From assembly GCA_964242205.1 (NCBI GenBank), contig CAXTBX010000003.1, forward strand, positions 32,698-96,697: DNA of 64,000 nt. The letters run 5' to 3'. The translations under genes were made by a program, and so were the position numbers. Positions 56,748 to 64,000 of the stretch are shown here, one piece after another. Below the pieces are notes generated by a model, which worked only from the letters and a program-made list of their open reading frames with translations, did not search any database and had not been told where the DNA came from. Position 1 is the first letter of the stretch, and every line of letters begins with the position of its first letter. Origin of the DNA: an uncultured Chthoniobacterales bacterium. GTDB lineage: Bacteria > Verrucomicrobiota > Verrucomicrobiia > Chthoniobacterales > SZAS-18.

Positions 56748-59150
56748 ATGAAAGTCGATCTCCATCTGCATTCCCGTTTCAGCGACCGCTCGGCGGACTG
56801 GATTTTCCGGCGCTTCGACTTCCCTGACAGCTATTCGCAGCCCCGCGCGCTCTACGATACGCTACGCGAGCGCGGCATGGATCTTGTCACGCTGACCGAC
56901 CACAACACGATCGACGGTGCGCTGGAGATTGCCGATCTACCGGGCGTGTTCCTCAGCGAGGAAGTCACGACGTATTTTCCCGAGGACCGTTGCAAAATCC
57001 ATCTTCTCGTCTGGGATCTCGATGAGGCCCAACACCGCGAGATCGCCGTGCTGCGTGAGAACATCTACGACCTGCAACGCTACCTCGCGGTGCAAGGCCT
57101 AGCGCATGCCGTCGCGCATCCGCTCTACCAGATCAACCACAAGCTGACGACCAGTCACATCGAGCGGCTCTGCTTGTTGTTCCAATGTTTCGAGGGCCGC
57201 AACGGCCTGCGCGATGACCTGCTCAACCAGACCGCCGTGCATCTGTTGGGCCGCCTGACGCCGGAAAAAATCGCGCGTTACGCGGAAAAACACGGCCTCG
57301 CGGCTACCCACCCAAATCCGTGGCAGAAGATCCTCACTGCGGGCAGCGACGACAAGGGCGGCATGTTCGCCGGGCGGACCTACACCGCCACACCCGAGGG
57401 CAAGACGACCGCCGACTTCCTGGCCCATTTGCGGGCCGGTCGTGCCACCATGCACGGCACCGGCGGCGCACCGCTGATCCTCTCGCATGGCTTGTACAAG
57501 ACCGGGTTTGCCTTTGCCAAGGACAAACTTTTCAAGAACTCCGCGCAGGCCACGCCCGCGCTGGTGGAGAAAATGTTTGCACGGTTCATGGAGGGCAAAA
57601 ATCCGACGGAGTTTTCCTTCCAGGAAAAGCTGAACTTCCTCGCGCAGGGCATCCTGAGCGGCAAGATTTTCGAGCTGGCGAAACCGGCCAACGTCTCGCT
57701 CTGGAGCGAACTGAATGGCTACTTTTCGCAGCCCTCGGTCCGCACCGCGATTGTCACGCAAACCGCCGACGTGGCCGAGCCGGAGCGGCGCGCGTTCCTG
57801 ATCGCCAACCTGTTCGCCAACCAGCTCGCGTTCCGGTTCTTCACGAAGTTCGTGCGCCAGCTTTCCGCCGGGAACATGATGGAAGGCCTCCAAGCCATCA
57901 GTGCCATCGCGCCGCTGGCGTTGCTGCTCAGCCCGTACATCTACGCTTTCAAGAGCCAGTCGCCCGACCGGCGGCTGCTGCGTACGATGAGCAACGAACT
58001 GGCGGGCGACCTGCCCCTGGCCCTGCGCAACCGCAAGCGCGCGTGGTTCACCGACACGCTCGAAGACGTGAACGGCGTCGCCACGACCATCCAGAAAATG
58101 ACCGCCGCCGTCGTCGCCGCCGGGCACGATTTGACCGTCGTCACCTCGCGTACGCACATCGACATCGCGGGCATCCCGCTCAAAAATTTTCCGCCCATCG
58201 GCGAGTTCGAGATTCCCGAATACGAACTGCAAAAACTGACCTTCCCGCCCCTGCTGGAGATGTGCGACTACATCCAGCGCGAGGGCTTCACGGAGGTCAT
58301 CATCTCGACGCCGGGACCCATCGGCATCACGGCGCTGATGGCCGCCAAGATGCTGCACCTGCGCACGGTCGGCATCTACCACACGGACTTTCCGCAGTAC
58401 GTCCAAATCCTCACGGAAGATCATTTCATGGAATCGCTGACGTGGCGGTTCATGCACTGGTTTTACCAGCAACTCGACCTGATCTACGTCAATTCCGAGC
58501 AGTACCGGCGTAATTGGATCGAGCGCGGCATCGACGGTGAGAAGATCAAGATATTGCCGCGCGGTTTGGATACCAAACTGTTCCATCCCGAGCGGCGCGA
58601 CCCGACCTTCTGGACGGCCCAAGGCGCGCAACCCAGCGAGCTGATCTTGCTCTACGTGGGACGCGTGTCGGTGGAGAAAAACCTGGACGTTTTCGCCGCC
58701 GCCCACGACCGTGCGCGCGCCGCCGGGCTGCCGGTGCGCGCGGCCATCGTCGGTGACGGTGTTTACACGAAGACCATGCAGCGCCTCCTGCCCGACGCCA
58801 TCTTCACCGGCTACCTGAGCGGCGAGCCGCTCGCACGCGCCTACGCCTCGGCGGACCTGTTCGTGTTCCCGAGCATTTCCGACACGTTCGGCAACGTCGT
58901 GATCGAAGCGCAGGCCAGCGGATTACCCGTGCTTGTGTCGGATCAGAAAGGGCCGCAAGAATTGATCGAAAACGGCGTCACGGGCGTCATCACGCGCGGC
59001 CTGGATATCGAGGACCTCGCGGCGGCCATCGTGAGCCTGGGGCGCGACCCTGCAAAACGCGCGGAGATCGGTCAGGCCGCGCGGCGCGGCGTGCAGACCC
59101 GAAGTTGGGCCACGGCGGCGGAGAAGTTCTGGGCGTTGTCGCCGGAGTGA
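56748..59150 (+). CDS. PHP-domain / GT4 glycosyltransferase fusion
   Basis: DLHLHS, TDHNT, AHP, GSDD at the N-terminus; YHTDF, YVGRVSVEKN, DTFGNVVIEAQASG at the C-terminus. Confidence 0.88.
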   Translation: MKVDLHLHSRFSDRSADWIFRRFDFPDSYSQPRALYDTLRERGMDLVTLTDHNTIDGALEIADLPGVFLSEEVTTYFPEDRCKIHLLVWDLDEAQHREIAVLRENIYDLQRYLAVQGLAHAVAHPLYQINHKLTTSHIERLCLLFQCFEGRNGLRDDLLNQTAVHLLGRLTPEKIARYAEKHGLAATHPNPWQKILTAGSDDKGGMFAGRTYTATPEGKTTADFLAHLRAGRATMHGTGGAPLILSHGLYKTGFAFAKDKLFKNSAQATPALVEKMFARFMEGKNPTEFSFQEKLNFLAQGILSGKIFELAKPANVSLWSELNGYFSQPSVRTAIVTQTADVAEPERRAFLIANLFANQLAFRFFTKFVRQLSAGNMMEGLQAISAIAPLALLLSPYIYAFKSQSPDRRLLRTMSNELAGDLPLALRNRKRAWFTDTLEDVNGVATTIQKMTAAVVAAGHDLTVVTSRTHIDIAGIPLKNFPPIGEFEIPEYELQKLTFPPLLEMCDYIQREGFTEVIISTPGPIGITALMAAKMLHLRTVGIYHTDFPQYVQILTEDHFMESLTWRFMHWFYQQLDLIYVNSEQYRRNWIERGIDGEKIKILPRGLDTKLFHPERRDPTFWTAQGAQPSELILLYVGRVSVEKNLDVFAAAHDRARAAGLPVRAAIVGDGVYTKTMQRLLPDAIFTGYLSGEPLARAYASADLFVFPSISDTFGNVVIEAQASGLPVLVSDQKGPQELIENGVTGVITRGLDIEDLAAAIVSLGRDPAKRAEIGQAARRGVQTRSWATAAEKFWALSPE

Positions 59151-59162
59151 AGCCAATCACCC

Positions 59163-61106
59163 ATGCAAACCTCGGTACCAAGGTGGTCGGGGCGCGAGGC
59201 GGATTTGCTCGTTACGCTGGTCTTGCTGGCGACCGCGTTGGGCATCTACGGTCAGACGCTCGGCCACCCGCTTATCTCGTTCGACGATCCCGGCTACGTG
59301 GTGGAAAACGCCCACGTCAACCGCGGCCTGACATGGGACGGCTGGCGGTGGGCGTGGACGAGTCTGGAGCGATCCAACTGGCATCCGCTGACCTGGCTCT
59401 CGCTGATGGTGGACGCGCAGCTCTACGGCCTGCGCGCGGGCGGCTACCACCTGACGAATCTGCTGCTCCACGCGATCAACGCCGTGCTCATCTTCCGCTG
59501 GCTACGCACGGCGACGGGCGCGCTCTGGCCCGCCGCGTTGACCGCCTTTTTCTTCGTGGCCCATCCGCTCCACGTCGAATCGGTCGCGTGGGTGACAGAG
59601 CGCAAGGACGTGTTGAGCACGCTGTTCTTTTGCCTCACGCTGGTGGCATACACGCGTTACGCGCGCGGTGACAACCCACGAGCGTATTGGCTGTCGGTCG
59701 TTTGGTACACGCTCGGGTTGGCGGCCAAGCCGATGTTGGTGACACTGCCCCCTTTGCTGTTGCTGCTCGACTATTGGCCGTTGCGGCGGTTGGACGCGGC
59801 GTCGTGGCGGCGGCGGCTGTTGGAAAAAATTCCGTTCGTCGGGCTGGCGGCAGCCTCCTGCGTGGTAACGCTGGCGGCGCAACGCGCGACGGCGATGGTG
59901 TCGCTCGTCGCGCTGCCCCCGGCCCACCGCGCGGCCTCGACGGCGCTCGAATACGGAACCTATCTCGCCAAGACGTTGTGCCCGGTCGGCCTGGGGGTTT
60001 ATTATCCGTACTGGCGCGCGCAATCGCTGGGCGCGCCGCTGGTGTGGGCTGGCGTCCTGCTGGCCGTGACGCTCGCGGCGTGGCTGGCCCGGCGGACGCT
60101 GCCGTTCGCGCTCGTCGGGTGGTGCTGGTTCCTGGGTACGCTCGTGCCGGTCATTGGCATCGTGCAGGTTGGGGAGCAGGCGGTGGCGGACCGCTACACG
60201 TATTTACCCCACGTCGGGTTGTTCTTCGCGCTGTTCTGGACCGGCGCGGCGTTGTGGACCCGTTGTGGCCACGCCGCGCGCCTCGCACTCGCCAGCCTGA
60301 CCACCGGCGCGGCCTTGGCGTCGGTGACGTTGAGCTACCGGCAGACCGGCTATTGGCGCACGAGCGCCGCGCTGTTCGAGCATACGGTCAGCGTCGTCCG
60401 CCCGACGGCGCGCTTGTATCACATGCTCGGCTACGCCGAACTCGAATCCGGTCGGTTCGCCGAGGCTACCGACGCTTATCTTCAATCGTGGCGACTAGGC
60501 TATACCAGTGACGACTCGATCCGGTTCCTGGGCACGCTGCTGCTCAAGGCGCGTCGCTGGCCGGAAGCCGCCGCCGTGCTCGCGCCCGCGCGTGACCGGT
60601 CAACCACATCGCCCGACACTCTCAACAACCTGGCCTTCGCGTTGGCCAACAGCGGACGCGCCGACGACGCGCTTGCCGTCTACAGACAATGCGTGGAACA
60701 CTTCCCGGACTTCGCGCTGGCGCACTTCGGCCTGGCGGAAATGCTCCAGGCACGGGGCGACATCATCGGAGCCGCCACGCAGGACGTGGCCGGGCTGGCC
60801 CTGCACGCCGATTGGCTGCCCGCGCTGCTGCGGCTGGGTTGGGGCTACGCACACGACGCCAACCCCGAAACGCGCCGGATCGGCCTCTTGCTGGCAAAGC
60901 GCGCCGCAGAACTGACCGACGGACAGGAATTGGGCAGCCTCAATGTCCTCGCGTACGCGCAGGCCGCAAATGGCCAGTGGGACGCCGCCACCGCCACCGC
61001 CGCCCGTTCGCTGGAAGCCGCCCGCCGGCCCGGCGCGCCCGCTGGTGCCGAGGCCGGTGGCCGTGTCCGGCTCGAAGCCTACCGCCAGCGGCAGCTCCCG
61101 CCGTGA
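59163..61106 (+). CDS. TMTC-like GT-C membrane glycosyltransferase with TPRs
   Basis: SFDD, WHPLTW, HPLHVESVAWVTERKD, ADRYTYLP, C-terminal TPR-like helices. Confidence 0.8.
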   Translation: MQTSVPRWSGREADLLVTLVLLATALGIYGQTLGHPLISFDDPGYVVENAHVNRGLTWDGWRWAWTSLERSNWHPLTWLSLMVDAQLYGLRAGGYHLTNLLLHAINAVLIFRWLRTATGALWPAALTAFFFVAHPLHVESVAWVTERKDVLSTLFFCLTLVAYTRYARGDNPRAYWLSVVWYTLGLAAKPMLVTLPPLLLLLDYWPLRRLDAASWRRRLLEKIPFVGLAAASCVVTLAAQRATAMVSLVALPPAHRAASTALEYGTYLAKTLCPVGLGVYYPYWRAQSLGAPLVWAGVLLAVTLAAWLARRTLPFALVGWCWFLGTLVPVIGIVQVGEQAVADRYTYLPHVGLFFALFWTGAALWTRCGHAARLALASLTTGAALASVTLSYRQTGYWRTSAALFEHTVSVVRPTARLYHMLGYAELESGRFAEATDAYLQSWRLGYTSDDSIRFLGTLLLKARRWPEAAAVLAPARDRSTTSPDTLNNLAFALANSGRADDALAVYRQCVEHFPDFALAHFGLAEMLQARGDIIGAATQDVAGLALHADWLPALLRLGWGYAHDANPETRRIGLLLAKRAAELTDGQELGSLNVLAYAQAANGQWDAATATAARSLEAARRPGAPAGAEAGGRVRLEAYRQRQLPP

Positions 61107-61202
61107 ACCCGCCGCCAACCGTCATCCCCAAAACGGCGCACGGCGCGACGGGCCGAACCACGACCCACCGCGCCGGGAACGATGCAACCTTGCCCACCCT
61201 CT

Positions 61203-61619
61203 TTAGGGTGACCGCTGATAAGGTGCCCAGAACGAACTGTCGCAAACGTCCGCGAGCATGTCCCAGTTGTTGCTCGGCACCGTCGGGATGAAGCCCGACT
61301 TTTGGGTGCCGTACGGCTCCCCGAAGACATTGGTGTTGCTGGAGTAAAGCCGGGTGTTCGGCTTCAGGTAACCGCGCCAGGCCAGCACGGGGATGACCGT
61401 GCCGGAGACCAAGCCGTTTTCGGCGCTGTACTGCTCGACGGCGTCGTCGATCAGGCGCAGGTCGTTGCGGATCGAGCCTCCCTGGGCGCGTTTGCGCGCC
61501 CGCAGCAGGCTGGGCAGCGCGAGCGAGGCCAGGAGGGCGATGATTGCCACGACGATCATGATCTCGATGAGGGTGAAGCCGTGTTGATTGGGCGGATGGG
61601 TGGACGGACGGATTTTCAT
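61203..61619 (-). CDS. type IV pilin / pseudopilin-like protein
   Basis: prepilin cleavage/N-methylation motif G|FTLIEIMIVVAII. Confidence 0.9.
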   Translation of the reverse strand: MKIRPSTHPPNQHGFTLIEIMIVVAIIALLASLALPSLLRARKRAQGGSIRNDLRLIDDAVEQYSAENGLVSGTVIPVLAWRGYLKPNTRLYSSNTNVFGEPYGTQKSGFIPTVPSNNWDMLADVCDSSFWAPYQRSP

Positions 61620-61918
61620 GGATTGCGTTGCACGCAGGTGGTTGGGATGATGGATGGATGATATGAATCGGGGAGCCATCTAACCCCCCGCGTCTGGTGT
61701 AGCAGGACTGATACCCCGCAGGGGAGCTCCCGCCGCAAAAACGCGAATCAGCTTCATAAGCTCCAGATAAGGAGCCTTCTCCGAGAGTTTCTCTGACTCG
61801 TGCCGCAGGTGCATCTGCCTTTCTCCGACCGTTGCCCGGCAGGCGGCAATTCCAGTGCAACGAGCCTCGTTGCCGTGGACGCTCCCGGCCACAAGACATC
61901 CCCGCCGCCAACCGCCGC

Positions 61919-64000
61919 TCATTGCCCCCCGTCCGCCTGCTCCACGAGCGACTTCGCCAGCGCCACCTGCGCCGCGGCGGCGCGCGCATCGCCTTGTTGT
62001 GCCAACACCTTGGCAAAAAGCACGTGCTGCCGGGGACTGTCTGGTTGGCGACGCACGGCGCGCGCCTGCAACTCGTGTGCCTCCCCGGGTTGCCCGGTCT
62101 GCAAACAAAGCGCGGCGGCGCTGCTCAATGCCTCGGCGTCGTGCACGTCGAGTCGGCTGGCCTCGGCCCAGGTGGCCAGCGCGTCGGCAGGCCGGTCCAT
62201 CCGCGCCTGGACCAATCCGACCGTGTACCGGGCCGGCGCGTGCCACCAATGCGCGTCGGCAAACCGTTGCGCCATCGCCAGCGCCTCGGGCAACTGACTG
62301 CCCTGCTCGCGCACTTCGACCCCGTACTTCACCAACTCCCAGGTGTGCGGAAACTGTTGCAACCCGCGCGTGAGCAGGACCCCCTGCCGCTCCGGCCAAG
62401 CGGGGTCGTCCCGGTCGAGTTGTCCGAGCCCTTTGAGCAGCGTGACGATCTCGCGCGGGTCGCGGGTTCCGCCCGCGAGCAGATCGGCGGCGACGCCGTC
62501 CAGCACGATCTTGGCCTGCGCTTCGTCGCCCTTGCGCGCGAGCGACAGGCCGAGGTTGATCCGTGGTGCCACCGCCTTCGGCGACCGCTTTACCAGCTCG
62601 CGCAACACCGCGATCCCCCGGTCGTTGGCAGCGGCATCGCCGTTGTCAATCCCCCTGCGCTGGAACGCCACGGCCAGTCCGGCGCGCGCCCGGAACACGT
62701 CGCCACCGTCGGCGATGGTCTGGCGGAAAAAGGTCAGTTCATCAGTCCAGTCGAACGTGCGCAGCCACGTCCGCAGCCCGAGCGCCCCGGCCACGCACGC
62801 GGTCCCCACCAGCAGCGCAATCCCCGCGCGGCGCGGCGGCAGCAGCAGCGGCAGATCCAGACCAACTCCGACCAGGAAAAGCAGGAACCCGATGCTGGGC
62901 AGATAAAGCCAGTGCTCCGCCACGCTGGCGTTGAGCGCGAAGAGATTGGAGATCGGCAGGAAGCCGACCAAGAACCACGCCACACCCGCGCGCCGCAGCG
63001 TCTGGCCCCGGCCCCGCCACCAGCAGCCCGCTGCGAACGCCGCCAGCACGAGCGCGCCGGTGCACGCCAGCGTGTGATAAAACGTCTCGTCCTCCGCGTT
63101 GGCCAGGCCCGGCGCGGCGAACACCTGCCGCTCCATGAAGAGTTTGGCGGGGAACAGCAGCAGGCTGCCGTAATCGCCCAGCGCGCGCAGTATCAGTACG
63201 GGCTTGGATGGCATCGGCGGCAGGGGCGGCGGCGTGGGCGGAACGGGCGTCAGGTGGCGCAGCGCGAGGTAAATTCCCAATGTCGCCGTGGCCAGCGCCA
63301 CGACGGTCCAGCGCGCCCGGCGCGAGGTGTCCGCCCGCAGGAAGAACAGGTAGCCCAGGAACAACAGCAGCCAGACCGACGCGATTTCCTTCGCGCACAG
63401 CCCCAGCAGCAGACACCCGACCGCGCCCGCCGACCACGCGGCGCGGGGCAGGGGACGCGCGGCGACGAACGCCCGCTCAGCCAGCAAAAATCCCAGCAGG
63501 CAACATGTCATCGCCAAGGTGTCCGCCGTACCCGAGATGTAGGCCACGGCGGCGCTGTGGACGGGATGCACGGCCCAGACCAACGCGATCCCCAGTGCGA
63601 GCAGGTTCACCTGCCGCCGGTCCAGCGCGCCGCGTAGAAGTTCGGGTAATATTCGACGCAGGGTCAGACACAGCAGCACGGCATTCGCGGCGTGGATCAA
63701 CACGCTCGTGAGGTGGTACACGAACGGGTCCAGGCCGCCGCACCAGTAGTCGGCCATGAACGTCAGCGTCTGCGTGGGCCGGTAGAAGTTGGAATCGTCG
63801 TTGAACAGCGTGTGCCGGAAGACCTCCAGGCAAAATAGCGGGCTGCGGATCAGGTAATTGCCTTTGACGAGTGAATTATCGTCCCAGAGAAACTGCCCGT
63901 TCAACGACGGCAGATAGATCGTGAAAACCGCCGTCAGCAGTAACAACGCCGCCCCGAGCGGACGCGCCAGCAGCCCAGTCGCCAGTCCCTGGTTCCCGGC
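61919..64000 (-). CDS. second TMTC-like GT-C/TPR protein (5' end outside window)
   Basis: FLWDD, FYRP, HPVHSAAVAYISG, AEHWLYLP, TPR-like helices; frame open to window edge. Confidence 0.8.
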   Translation of the reverse strand, partial: AGNQGLATGLLARPLGAALLLLTAVFTIYLPSLNGQFLWDDNSLVKGNYLIRSPLFCLEVFRHTLFNDDSNFYRPTQTLTFMADYWCGGLDPFVYHLTSVLIHAANAVLLCLTLRRILPELLRGALDRRQVNLLALGIALVWAVHPVHSAAVAYISGTADTLAMTCCLLGFLLAERAFVAARPLPRAAWSAGAVGCLLLGLCAKEIASVWLLLFLGYLFFLRADTSRRARWTVVALATATLGIYLALRHLTPVPPTPPPLPPMPSKPVLILRALGDYGSLLLFPAKLFMERQVFAAPGLANAEDETFYHTLACTGALVLAAFAAGCWWRGRGQTLRRAGVAWFLVGFLPISNLFALNASVAEHWLYLPSIGFLLFLVGVGLDLPLLLPPRRAGIALLVGTACVAGALGLRTWLRTFDWTDELTFFRQTIADGGDVFRARAGLAVAFQRRGIDNGDAAANDRGIAVLRELVKRSPKAVAPRINLGLSLARKGDEAQAKIVLDGVAADLLAGGTRDPREIVTLLKGLGQLDRDDPAWPERQGVLLTRGLQQFPHTWELVKYGVEVREQGSQLPEALAMAQRFADAHWWHAPARYTVGLVQARMDRPADALATWAEASRLDVHDAEALSSAAALCLQTGQPGEAHELQARAVRRQPDSPRQHVLFAKVLAQQGDARAAAAQVALAKSLVEQADGGQ

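Noticed and set aside
61680-61918. c-di-GMP riboswitch upstream of the pilin (GAAAGGCAGA on the minus strand)
   Set aside because: The GNRA-capped P2 and downstream GCAAAG element of class I were not found; an Rfam scan would settle it.

Overview
Three blocks. (1) 1-~16.45 kb is the tRNA-proximal part of a Tn7-like element with no CRISPR array or cas gene in view. It carries fused TnsA-TnsB, TnsC and TniQ/TnsD, a divergent CI-like (HTH + S24) repressor, and a cluster of repeated motifs that looks like a transposon end just 5' of tRNA-Arg(CCT). Its cargo looks anti-phage: an EcoRII/Dcm-type R-M pair, an Mrr-like nuclease, a four-gene operon (MORC/MutL-like GHKL ATPase, McrA-like HNH, SNF2 ATPase, standalone EcoRII-N domain), a 4-TM membrane protein and a second HNH. 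The far end of the element is not visible in the window. (2) 16.6-33 kb is a surface-glycan locus: divergent wzm/wzt, a methyltransferase with a coiled coil, GT4, GT2 and GT-C enzymes. (3) 33.3-52.8 kb is the str-S10-spc-alpha ribosomal protein cluster, lacking tuf, rpsN, rpmD, rpoA and rplQ here and with an extra exported-protein gene between rpsS and rplV. It is followed by lnt, a DUF2334-like gene, a PHP-GT4 fusion, two TMTC-like GT-C/TPR genes and a pilin. Gene order suggests a high-GC Verrucomicrobiota (PVC) host (inference). All family assignments come from motif recognition by eye; no database searches were run.
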